Below, piece after piece: positions 18,030-26,184 of a stretch of DNA of 64,000 nt (position 1 is its first letter; every line of letters begins with the position of its first letter). Source of the stretch: an uncultured Actinomycetota bacterium (GTDB lineage Bacteria; Actinomycetota; Actinomycetes; Mycobacteriales; Jatrophihabitantaceae); assembly GCA_963839995.1 (NCBI GenBank), contig CAWIXH010000011.1, forward strand, positions 6,152 to 70,151. The letters are read 5' to 3'. A program made the position numbers and the translations under genes. Under the pieces are notes generated by a model that was not told where the DNA came from, searched no databases, and saw nothing but the letters and a program-made list of their open reading frames with translations.

Positions 18030-20477
18030 ATGCCGACCAGCGTGATGGTGCCCGAGGTACTCGCCGACCCGATCGGTGTGGTCGTCGACATGGTCGCCGG
18101 CGCCGAGCCCGCGCTGGATCGCGCCGTCATCGAGCAGGCGGCCACCGAGGTCGCCGGCGGTCGGGCGAAGCGCCGCCGGCTCGCTCAGGCGCTGCTGGAG
18201 CGGCCCGCCGTGCTCACCGACGGCCGCTCGCCCGCCCCACGCGTTGTCGGTGACCTGCTGGTGAACCTGCGGACCGCGGGCGCGATGAGCATCGCGGCGC
18301 CGGTCTGCGCGGGCTGCGGCAAGCAGCTTCGTACGCTGCAGCGACGCGGAACCGACTGGTACTGCGCGGTTTGCAGCCCCCGGGCGACCGGGTGCGCTGC
18401 CTGTGGCCAGAACCGGATCGTGGTCACCCTCGACCGCGAGGGCCGGCCCCGCTGTTCGCGCTGCCCCGATGCCGATGGCCGGGATCCGTTGCTCACCCTG
18501 ATCACGGTGATCACGACCCTGGAACCGTCGCTGCCAGTCGAGGACATCACCACCGCTATCGGGCGCGTGTTCTCCAGGCCCAGCTATCTGCAGCGCCTGG
18601 CCTGGGCCATCGAGGACCGACCTGAGCTGCTCACCGGCCAAAGCGCGCAGGCACCGATGCACGGCGTGCTGCGGCTCATCGACGAACTTCGCGAGGCCGG
18701 CGCGCAAGCCATCATCCGACCGGCCTGCCCGCAGTGTCAGCGGATCGTACGACTGCACCGGCGCATCAACGGTCAATGGCACTGCCGCAACTGCCTGGCC
18801 AAGTCCCGCGCCCAGCCCTGCTCCCGCTGCGGTGTCATCCGCGAGGCGGCCGCCCGGGACGAGCATGGCCGGCCGCTGTGTCCCAACTGCCTGGTCGCCG
18901 AGCCCGCCAACCAGGAAACCTGTGTCGGATGCGGGCGACGTCGCCGGGTCCACACCCGCACTCCGGGCGGGCCGTCGTGTCAGGCATGCCGACCGATCAG
19001 CGTGGTGGACTGCTCGATCTGCGGCCGTCACGCGCCGGGCGTGATCTCCACCGCGACCGGGCAACCGTGGTGCTACGCCTGCAGCAAACGCCGGGCCCGC
19101 TGCGTCGGCTGCGGGGCCATACGGTTGGTGCGTGGCGGAAAGCTCGCCGCCCCGCTCTGCGCCACCTGCACCCGCCCTGACCCGTCGTTCTGGCACACCT
19201 GCCCCGGCTGCGGCGAACACACCGTGCACCGGCGACGCACCTGCGGCCGCTGCGCGCTTCGACAGCGGCTCGAGCAGCTGCTCGGCTGCGACGAGGACGG
19301 CGGTATCCACCCACGCCTGCGAGCGTTGCACGAACACCTCGCCGGCCACGAACGTCCAGACACCGTGCTGACCTGGCTCAACAAGGACAACGCGTCGGCG
19401 ATCTTGGGTGAACTCGCCACCGGGCAACGTCCACTGACCCACGCCGGGCTCGACGAACTGCCCGATTCCAAGCCGCTGCAGCACCTGCGCAGCGTCCTGG
19501 TTGCCGTCGGTGCACTGCCTGCCCGCGACGAGCAGATGACCCGACTCGAGAACTGGATCACGGCCACCATCACCGTGCGCGAGGACGCCGATGAACGACA
19601 ACTGCTGCACCGCTACGCCACCTGGCACGTGCTGCGCAGACTCCGGCGGCGGGTGCGCGAGGCCAGCACCACCAACGGGCAGGCCATCGCAGCTCGCCGC
19701 AAGATCACTGCCGCGATCGCCTTGCTCGACTGGCTGGAAACCCAGGACCGAACCCTGGCCACGGCCGGGCAAGGCGACCTCGATACCTGGCTGGCCAGCG
19801 GCACACGCTCGGCTACCGACGCGGGGAACTTCGTCCGCTGGGCTCGCAAGCAGAAACTCACCCGACTGGAGTTCGCCGCCACCCGATGGCACGGGCCGAC
19901 CGGCGTGATCGACACCGAGACCCGCTGGTCCCAGGCCCGCCGGCTCCTGCACGACGACACCCTCCAGCCCGAGGGCCGCGTCGCCGGGTTGCTCGTGCTC
20001 CTCTACGCGCAAACCGCGGCAGCGATCAGCCGGCTCACCCTCGACCACGTCCAGACCAGCAACAGCGAGACCCGCCTCCGACTCGGACGCGAACCCGTCA
20101 CCCTGCCCGAACCAGTCGACGCCCTGGTCCGGGAACTGGTCAACACTCGTCGCGGTCACGCTGTCCTCGGCGACCAAGGAACCTCACGGTGGCTGTTCCC
20201 CGGCGGCCGCCCCGGACACCCCATCAGCGCCGCCCGCCTCGCCGAACGACTCCGCGAACTCGGCATCCAGGCCGGGCCATCCCGCTCGGCCGCACTGTTC
20301 CAACTCGCCACCGACCTGCCCGCCGCCATGCTCGCCCGCATGCTCGGCATCCACATAGCCGTCGCCGCCACCTGGCAACGCGCCGCCGCCGGTGACTGGA
20401 CCAACTACGCCGCCGAGATCAGCCGACGACCAGCGTCCGCCCCGGCCGTCGAGCTGGTCGCCGATGATCAACAGTGA
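18030..20477 (+). CDS. 815-aa protein: eight CxxC..CxxC zinc-ribbon-like modules plus a C-terminal integrase-like domain
   Basis: CAGCGK..CAVC, CAACGQ..CSRC, CPQCQR..CRNC, CSRCGV..CPNC, CVGCGR..CQAC, CSICGR..CYAC, CVGCGA..CATC, CPGCGE..CGRC. The C-terminus reads ...AISRLTLDHV...PSRSAALFQLATDLPAAMLARMLGIHIAVAATW...WTNYAAE. Confidence 0.8.
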   Translation: MPTSVMVPEVLADPIGVVVDMVAGAEPALDRAVIEQAATEVAGGRAKRRRLAQALLERPAVLTDGRSPAPRVVGDLLVNLRTAGAMSIAAPVCAGCGKQLRTLQRRGTDWYCAVCSPRATGCAACGQNRIVVTLDREGRPRCSRCPDADGRDPLLTLITVITTLEPSLPVEDITTAIGRVFSRPSYLQRLAWAIEDRPELLTGQSAQAPMHGVLRLIDELREAGAQAIIRPACPQCQRIVRLHRRINGQWHCRNCLAKSRAQPCSRCGVIREAAARDEHGRPLCPNCLVAEPANQETCVGCGRRRRVHTRTPGGPSCQACRPISVVDCSICGRHAPGVISTATGQPWCYACSKRRARCVGCGAIRLVRGGKLAAPLCATCTRPDPSFWHTCPGCGEHTVHRRRTCGRCALRQRLEQLLGCDEDGGIHPRLRALHEHLAGHERPDTVLTWLNKDNASAILGELATGQRPLTHAGLDELPDSKPLQHLRSVLVAVGALPARDEQMTRLENWITATITVREDADERQLLHRYATWHVLRRLRRRVREASTTNGQAIAARRKITAAIALLDWLETQDRTLATAGQGDLDTWLASGTRSATDAGNFVRWARKQKLTRLEFAATRWHGPTGVIDTETRWSQARRLLHDDTLQPEGRVAGLLVLLYAQTAAAISRLTLDHVQTSNSETRLRLGREPVTLPEPVDALVRELVNTRRGHAVLGDQGTSRWLFPGGRPGHPISAARLAERLRELGIQAGPSRSAALFQLATDLPAAMLARMLGIHIAVAATWQRAAAGDWTNYAAEISRRPASAPAVELVADDQQ

Positions 20478-20515
20478 AGGTATTCAGACAGTTGGAAAAC
20501 CTGACTCCGCCAGAG

Positions 20516-20641
20516 AACGCCGACACCGAGATGAAACGCCATGCCCTCGAAAAGGCAAACAGCACCGGCCCGCAACCCCCTCCGGCCCCGTTGTGGCACA
20601 ACCGCGAGGACATCATCCAGCGCTTGTGCGGACTCAAGTAG
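20516..20641 (+). pseudogene. ritC: RitC 3' remainder (41 codons plus stop)
   Basis: NADTEMKRHALEKANSTGPQPPPAPLWHNREDIIQRLCGLK* follows directly on ...TTLIYA in the same codon phase. Confidence 0.8.
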
Positions 20642-20650
20642 TGACACCGG

Positions 20651-20756
20651 CTTATTCCGACAGGCGCCAGCCACGCGAGCCCGTCATCCCAGCCCAGCAG
20701 GCCCATCACACGCGCGAAGGAGCCGACATCGGAATAACCCGGGAATCGGAGTAATA
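20651..20756. repeat. RIT right terminal inverted repeat (106 bp)
   Basis: It is the reverse complement of 13271-13376, with 3 mismatches. Confidence 0.85.
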
Positions 20757-20786
20757 CCAGTTATTCCGAGATCGGAATAACTGGTA
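20755..20786. repeat. 14-bp-stem palindrome at the outer right edge of the RIT element
   Basis: taccagttattccg agat cggaataactggta. It holds two more TTATTCCGA-type 9-mers and has no counterpart at the left end. Confidence 0.85.
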
Positions 20787-21006
20787 CCTCGCCGCCGCCC
20801 CCGCCTGGGCCAGCACCAAACACACAATCATCAATCGGCTCGGCACCGACCTCGACGAACACGCAACCTTGACGGCACCCAGTGCGCCTGAACCGTCCGC
20901 GGCCGAGCTACGAGCCTGGGCACGGGCCGCCGGACTCGGCGTCCCCGACCGCGGACGACTCCGCCCCGAGATCCGGCAAGCCTGGCACGACGCCCACGCT
21001 CAGTGA
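20785..21006 (+). pseudogene. 3' part of the ERCC4-domain gene: Lsr2-type C-terminal DNA-binding domain
   Basis: YLAAAPAWASTKHTIINRLGTDLDEHATLTAPSAPEPSAAELRAWARAAGLGVPDRGRLRPEIRQAWHDAHAQ*. The (E/I)R.WA...G..V..RGR(I/L) motif is Lsr2-like. Confidence 0.7.
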
Positions 21007-21214
21007 CCGGCGCACCAACCGACTTCACGCAAATCGCTCACCAGACCGAACCGTTACGGGGCACCGAATTGATTGCTACGGAGCGGCAGAGTTGTTTCGG
21101 GGCCGTCGCCGACAGCGAGCCGGTAGCGAGACCCTTTCGTGGCCGCTCCACATGCAGAGGCGACGCTGCCCAGCTCTTGGTGCGCTTGAGTGAAGGGGTG
21201 GCGTGGCCGCTTGA

Positions 21215-22798
21215 TCAGGGAACGATGACGGGGTCCTTCTTCACTTTGACCCGCACCGGCCGGCTTGTGGTCCCGGTGAGGGCCTTGGTCGGGTCGGTGC
21301 CACAGGTCTCGACGGCGCTGACGGTCAGGACGAACTCGTACTCGCCGGGGACAACGTGAAGGGGCAGCGGGAAGTCGACGTCGGCGGTGCCGCCTAGCCC
21401 GAACGGTCCGGCAGCGACCGGGCCGGTGTCGGTGCCGGCTCCGTTGACCTGCCAGGTGAAGTGGCCGGGGTCGGGTGCCAGGTCGGTCAGGCTGATGCTG
21501 TAGCGACTTGCCGCGCCGCCGGCGAGCTCGCTCTGGATCCCCTCGATGTACCCGGCACCGTTGATGGACATCGCGACGGTGCTCTGGGTGCGGGCCTGTA
21601 TTTCGGCGGTGCCGGTACCGAGGATGCCGTCCTGGGTGGTGCCGAAGATGTTCCAGTCGGGCACCACGGTGGGGAACGCCGGGTCGGTGACGCCGAGGTC
21701 GGTATTGCGTAGCGGGATCCGCGGCGGGATGCCGGCCACGACCGACGCAGCGAGACCGTGTGCCTGATCGGAGGCGTCAGAGGTCGCTGAGGAGGCGATC
21801 GCCGTGATCGCCAACAGGGCGGCTCCGAACGGCGGCAGGAGGACGCCGACCAGCCAGTCCAGCACGTCGCCGGCGTCTGCGCTGCTGTCGTGGCCGACGA
21901 CGGCCGGTAGGCGCTGGCCGAGGTTGGGGTCGAGGGGGGCGCCCAGGCGTTCGGTCAGCCGGGCGGTGACCGGAATGTCGAGGAGGGTGTGCGCGTGGAC
22001 CGTCGTCGACACCGTGTCCGGGGGGATGGTGCCGGCGCGGATCGAGTCCAAGGTGACGAACGTGCCGTCGGTGTCCGCCTTCACCTGTGGGAAGACCGCG
22101 TCAACGAGCGACTGCAGGGTCGCGGTGGGCACGGACATGGCGAAGCTGAGTCCGAGCGTCAATGGCACCGGTAACCGGTCCGCCAGGGCAAACCCGGCCT
22201 GCGCCCCCGGTTCATTCAGCCTCGGCAGCGGGAAGGTCGGCGGCTGTGGCGGCAGAACCGGGAACCCCGCGTCCTGCACCCAGATCCCCAGCCGCAGCAG
22301 GAATAGGCCTGACGAGTCCTTGCCGGTGACCAGGTTGGGTCCGGCGACGATCTTCCCGAAACCGGCGAGCTGGTCCGCCGCCGGCAGCAGCGCGTACTGG
22401 GTCTGGCTGACCAGCCGGGTCAGTGCCGCTTCGTCGAACGGTACGGGGCTCAACAGCTCGATCAGGATCGCCGGGGCGGCCGGATGGAAGATCGGCCCGG
22501 TGAACACCTGAACCTGCCGGGTGGCCTTGATGCCGTTGTCGTTGACCGCGGTCACGGTCACGGTGTGTGGGTCTGCGCCGTCGGTCACCTCCACCTCGGC
22601 CGCGTAGTTGAAGAGGCTCAGTTTCCTGTTCGGCACCTGGGTCAACGTGGCGTCGACGACCGGCCCCTCGTCCACTTGGACGGTCACCGTGTCTATCTGG
22701 TGCGGCTCTGGCAGGCCAACGTCGCTCGCCCGGCCCGACACGAGGAACGGCTGCAACGGCGCCACGTGGGCGTCATTCGGGGGAGCGGTGATCGACAA
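21215..22798 (-). CDS. Hypothetical 527-aa protein with Ig-like beta-rich domains at both ends; function unknown
   Basis: Long uninterrupted ORF with GC-rich third codon positions. The only upstream start candidates are TTG at 22798 or GTG at 22765, and no signal peptide was seen. I recognised no family. Confidence 0.6.
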   Translation of the reverse strand: MSITAPPNDAHVAPLQPFLVSGRASDVGLPEPHQIDTVTVQVDEGPVVDATLTQVPNRKLSLFNYAAEVEVTDGADPHTVTVTAVNDNGIKATRQVQVFTGPIFHPAAPAILIELLSPVPFDEAALTRLVSQTQYALLPAADQLAGFGKIVAGPNLVTGKDSSGLFLLRLGIWVQDAGFPVLPPQPPTFPLPRLNEPGAQAGFALADRLPVPLTLGLSFAMSVPTATLQSLVDAVFPQVKADTDGTFVTLDSIRAGTIPPDTVSTTVHAHTLLDIPVTARLTERLGAPLDPNLGQRLPAVVGHDSSADAGDVLDWLVGVLLPPFGAALLAITAIASSATSDASDQAHGLAASVVAGIPPRIPLRNTDLGVTDPAFPTVVPDWNIFGTTQDGILGTGTAEIQARTQSTVAMSINGAGYIEGIQSELAGGAASRYSISLTDLAPDPGHFTWQVNGAGTDTGPVAAGPFGLGGTADVDFPLPLHVVPGEYEFVLTVSAVETCGTDPTKALTGTTSRPVRVKVKKDPVIVP

Positions 22799-22805
22799 GT
22801 CAGTC

Positions 22806-22876
22806 GGGTAGCCCGGGGGAATCTCACCCTCGGGCTCCCACAGATCCGTACGTGACAGTCTCCCGTCATACGGCTC
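22806..22876 (-). ncRNA. Group II intron domains V and VI
   Basis: DV is GAGCCGUAUGACGGGAGACUGUCACGUACGGAUC (22876-22843). DVI is GGGAGCCCGAGGGUGAGAUUCCCCCGGGCUACCC (22839-22806), with the bulged branch-point A at 22809. Confidence 0.8.
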
Positions 22877-22888
22877 TTGTTGTCCTGG

Positions 22889-24145
22889 TCATCTGGCGGC
22901 CGGGTTCACCCAGGCCCAGTGCGCGAAGTACTGCGGCCGCTCTCGGGCCGCGCGACTCATCGCCTGCATGGACTTCTTCCAAGCGCGGAGCCGCTTGTAC
23001 TTGTTCATGGTCCACCGCAGCAGGTAGGTGTTGATGCGGCGGAGCAAGGGATACAGCGCTGACCGGTAGAAGGCGCCGTAATACGCCATCCATCCCCGCA
23101 CGATCGGGTTGATCACCCGGGCGAGATCCTCACCGGTGCTGCCGGTGCGGCGGTGCAGCCGCCAGGATCGCACCCGCGCGCTGATCTTCTTCAGGGCATC
23201 GTTGCTGATGGCCGGGAGGAACGACACGAACTTCGCACCGTCCTTCCGCCGGGCCGAGCGTGGCCGGAAGGTGAACCCCAAGAACGTGAACGACGTGTGC
23301 TCGAACTCGCCACGCCGGTTGCTGTCCTTGCAGTAGACGATCCGGGTCTTGGCCGGGTGCAGCCGCAGCCCAACCTCGTCCATCCGCTCATGCAGCGCGG
23401 CCAAGACCTTCTCGGCCTGCCACCGAGTAGCGCAGTGCAGGACCGCGTCGTCGGCGTACCGCTCGAACTCGACCATCGGAAACTCCCGAGACAGCCAGGT
23501 ATCGAACGCGTAGTGCATGAACAGATTCGCCAGCACGGGCGAAACCGCTGAACCCTGATGGGTTCCCCGGTCGCGCGCCTGCAACGTCCCGTCGGGCAGC
23601 TGTAACGGCGCAGCCAGCCACCGCGTCACGTACAGCATCACCCAGCGGGCATCGGTGTGCGCCTGCACGGCCTTGATCACCAGGTCCCACCGGACGCTGT
23701 CGAAGAACTTCTGGATGTCCAAATCGATCACCCAGTTGCTCGTCCAGCAGCGTTTCCGGCAGACCCCGACCGCGTCCAGCGCGGAACGCCCAGGCCGGTA
23801 GCCGTAGGAGTCAGGATGGAACACCGGTTCCACCCTGGCCTCCAGATGCGCGGCTACCACGGTCTGCGCGACCCGATCCGCGACGGTAGGCACCCCTAAG
23901 ATTCGGGTGCCCGCGCCGTGCGGCTTGGGTACCTCCACCGCTCGCACCGGGGGCGGGAAGTACGTCCCCGACGACATCCGATTCCAGATCTTGTACAGGT
24001 TGTTCTTCAGATCCGTCTCGAACTCCGCCAGCGACTGCCCGTCCACTCCCGGTGCGCCCTGATTCCCTTTCACCTTGAGCCAGGCGCCCCACACCTCAAC
24101 CTTCGAGATGCGAAACGGCTTGCCGGATGACTTCAACTCGTCCAT
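22889..24145 (-). CDS. Group II intron reverse transcriptase/maturase (no endonuclease domain seen)
   Basis: GGGAGGAG RBS, then ATG at 24145. RT motifs: GAPGVDG, RILGVPTVADRVAQ, YGYRPGRSA, QGSAVSPVLANLFMHYAFD, YADDAV. Maturase motif: INPIVRGWMAYYG. Confidence 0.9.
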   Translation of the reverse strand: MDELKSSGKPFRISKVEVWGAWLKVKGNQGAPGVDGQSLAEFETDLKNNLYKIWNRMSSGTYFPPPVRAVEVPKPHGAGTRILGVPTVADRVAQTVVAAHLEARVEPVFHPDSYGYRPGRSALDAVGVCRKRCWTSNWVIDLDIQKFFDSVRWDLVIKAVQAHTDARWVMLYVTRWLAAPLQLPDGTLQARDRGTHQGSAVSPVLANLFMHYAFDTWLSREFPMVEFERYADDAVLHCATRWQAEKVLAALHERMDEVGLRLHPAKTRIVYCKDSNRRGEFEHTSFTFLGFTFRPRSARRKDGAKFVSFLPAISNDALKKISARVRSWRLHRRTGSTGEDLARVINPIVRGWMAYYGAFYRSALYPLLRRINTYLLRWTMNKYKRLRAWKKSMQAMSRAARERPQYFAHWAWVNPAAR

Positions 24146-25280
24146 CGGGCTCCTCCCAGAACCTCTGGTTGACCAAACGAACACAGCCACGGACAACCCG
24201 GCGCCTTCGCTCCACCCCCGTTACAGGGGCTTCACCACTACTACGCGCCGGTCCGCCAGCATGTCCCGCGCCGGTACTCACGTCCCGGCCAGCCAAGATC
24301 AATCCCTGTCTGGCCGGGCGCTCCCTGTCGCCATGCCGCTGACGCACGGCAGTGTCGGGACACGCCTTCTCACGTTCCACACGAGAGCAGCAGACCGGGC
24401 TCACGCCGCCTCCACACCGGACACCGCCAGGCCAGTAAACGGGCACCCGCCTGGCTCATCCCGGGATACACACCAAACCCCGGTTTCGATGTCGTCTGAA
24501 GAGTTTCGATGCTTCAACAACGGTCGTCTTCCCGGCCCCCACCTGACACCTCTCGGGCGCCTTCTCCTCATCGCTCACCACGACGGTCTTCAGCCAACGC
24601 AGCATGAGGCGGTTTGAAGCCTCCCCCCGCAGGGCGGCTCCGAAGGGCCATACCTTCATCTCTCGTGCAGCACCGCATCAAGAAACTCGGCTACCTACAC
24701 GGCAAGCCCCTCTCTGCGTTCGTGACACACGGCATGGCTCATTCCCTCCAACCTGGCGTGTTGTGGCGTGTGGTGCGTGGAGATCTGCCATCGGGCCCGA
24801 ACAGGGTCGCCCTTCACGGCCACAGCGCGGGCGCCACGAGCGCTCAGAGCCGCTGCCCGGCCTGCAGAATCCGACGACGCGAGGTTCCCCACGACCGCAG
24901 ACGGTTGACTCGACCATCAGAAACCCCCAGTTTCCGCGCGGCCGCCAGATCTCACCCGTCATGGAGACCCGCGCACACACACCTGATACCGGTCGAGGCT
25001 GTCGATTCGTTTCCGCACCCGGGTCGGCCAGGCAGGGTTGCTGCCCATTCGTCAACCGCCTGGTCCACGCGCCTGCCGACTCGTTGCGGCCTTCGAAGCG
25101 AGCGCCAGTCGCCGGCCGTGGCGTCGTCGCGGCCAGGTTTGCCGAGCCGGTCACCTGGCCGGCGCGATCGAGCAGGTCGCCCGGTTTGGTTGCCGAGCTC
25201 CTATTGCAGACCGCGGAGGTGACCATGATCCTGGGCCGGTCACGTTCAGACGTGGCAGCGTTTCGGCCGCGGCACCGTTG

Positions 25281-25637
25281 TCAGGAACTCGGTGGTGCCC
25301 GTGGCGGCGAGGAAGATCGCGTTGAGCTGTCCAGCATTCCTGCGCTGACGGCGACCAGCACCGGTCCGGGATGGGTGTGCCAGCCGAACGAGCCGCCCGG
25401 GTCGACGACGATCGAGGTGACCAGCAGGTCGCGGGGGCCGCGGGTCTCGATCTCGATGCCGGAGCTGTGGGCGTGTACCCGCGACCCGATCGTTGCGTGC
25501 GATAGCGGCGTGAGGTGGATGCCGTGCGGCTGATCGTCCGAGGTAGCGCCACCCGGGCCGGCCGGCGTTGCCGCCGCGGAGGCCGCGACGGCGATGGCGG
25601 TGGCGCAGGCGGCGGCGAGCATGGCGAGTCTCTTCAT
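25281..25637 (-). pseudogene. Secreted cupin-domain protein, probably 3'-truncated
   Basis: Signal peptide MKRLAMLAAACATAIAVAASAAA, then ...VVDPGGSFGWHTHPGPVLVAVSAG. The rest of the barrel is missing in all frames. Confidence 0.45.
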
Positions 25638-25742
25638 GGTTGGTTCCCCTTCAGGCCGGTGTTCCGGCCGCGAGTGCCTTGACGGCGCGCCGCCCATGCT
25701 TTCGGGATGGACGGCACGCGGCAGCGAGGCTGCGCACCGCTA

Positions 25743-26072
25743 TCAGTAGCTGAATGTGGTGGCCGGCTCGTTACCGATCCAGTTCCACATCGGGACGGTC
25801 CCGTTCAGTTCCGCGCCGGGGATCAGCGCGTCGGCGTCGAGCTGCCGGGAGTTGAAGCAGATCGGGCAGACGTAGTACCGTCCGCCGGCCGCTTCGAACC
25901 GCTTGAGCGGGTCAGCGAGCGGCGGGCACCCCTCGCAGGCGACGCCGACCGCGGTGCCTGCAAGCGCGAGCCGGACCGCATCTTTGGTGAGGAATAGCAG
26001 CGTGTCGCGCCCGGTCTGGGCGGCGCCGACGGCGACCAGGAAGGCGACCGTGATCTTCTCCGGGTCCTCCAT
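25743..26072 (-). CDS. DsrE-family protein (N-terminus uncertain)
   Basis: GMEDPEKITVAFLVAVGAAQTGRDTLLFLTKDAV...RYYVCPICFNSRQLD. The frame is open upstream (ATASKAVISLATG) without a start codon. An ATG at 26124 is one frame off. Confidence 0.55.
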   Translation of the reverse strand: MEDPEKITVAFLVAVGAAQTGRDTLLFLTKDAVRLALAGTAVGVACEGCPPLADPLKRFEAAGGRYYVCPICFNSRQLDADALIPGAELNGTVPMWNWIGNEPATTFSY

Positions 26073-26184
26073 TCCCGTCGCCAGACTGATGACGGCCTTG
26101 CTGGCCGTGGCGTATCTCCCTCATTCACGACTTGGGTGAGGACGGTAAGGCGCCGAGCAGGCGCTCGTCGTCGGGTGAACTCCC

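Larger units (their letters stand above)
16410..20515 (+). mobile_element. Three-gene tyrosine-recombinase element, copy 1 (4,106 bp)
   Basis: Its boundaries are where identity with the inverted copy 2 starts (aaccctcggg...) and stops (...ctgactccgccagag). The ritC reading frame resumes at 20516. Confidence 0.85.
13271..20784 (+). mobile_element. RIT (recombinase-in-trio) element: 3,408 bp of its own sequence plus a nested 4,106-bp element
   Basis: Three head-to-tail tyrosine recombinase genes with GTGA start/stop overlaps are bounded by 106-bp inverted repeats. Removing 13271-20784 rejoins the ERCC4 gene in frame (TAC CGT | TAC CTC = ..WTYRYLAAA..). Confidence 0.8.
22803..24837 (-). mobile_element. 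Group II intron (about 2.0 kb); the 5' end is tentative
   Basis: RT/maturase ORF in domain IV, canonical domains V and VI downstream, and a DIII-like GAGUACCGGCGC..GCGUAGUAGUGGUGAAGCCCCUGUAACGGGG upstream. The 5' end is proposed at GUGGCGCCC (24837), with GUGUG at 24730 as the alternative. Confidence 0.75.

Noticed and set aside
15387-20177. A giant 1,596-aa ORF on the minus strand, and its 1,824-aa mirror at 28575-34049 on the plus strand.
   Set aside because: Both are antisense to a series of clearly recognisable recombinase genes. The translations are Arg/Gly/Pro/Ala-rich and low in complexity with no motifs. This is the usual stop-poor antisense frame of very GC-rich DNA.
16401-20524. 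I looked for a target-site duplication or terminal inverted repeats for the 4.1-kb element.
   Set aside because: Only an ambiguous AAC could be shared between the left tip and the ritC right flank. The second right flank starts GAC. The two ends are not inverted repeats. I therefore claim no duplication and no inverted repeats.
24678-25226. Splicing the group II intron at 24837/22803 would join this 182-codon frame in phase to the 527-aa ORF (...GSGSERS|DLSITAPP...).
   Set aside because: The upstream frame has poor coding character: many A/T-ending codons in its second half, a Cys/Arg/Gly-rich sequence and no motifs. In-phase open frames are expected by chance at this GC content. I kept it as a caveat only.
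25912-26124. An ATG at 26124 (MREI...) could be the true start of the DsrE-family gene if one base is removed near 26110.
   Set aside because: This is plausible, because the in-frame upstream stretch ATASKAVISLATG looks like part of the protein. But there is no RBS and I cannot verify it, so the conservative coordinates were kept.
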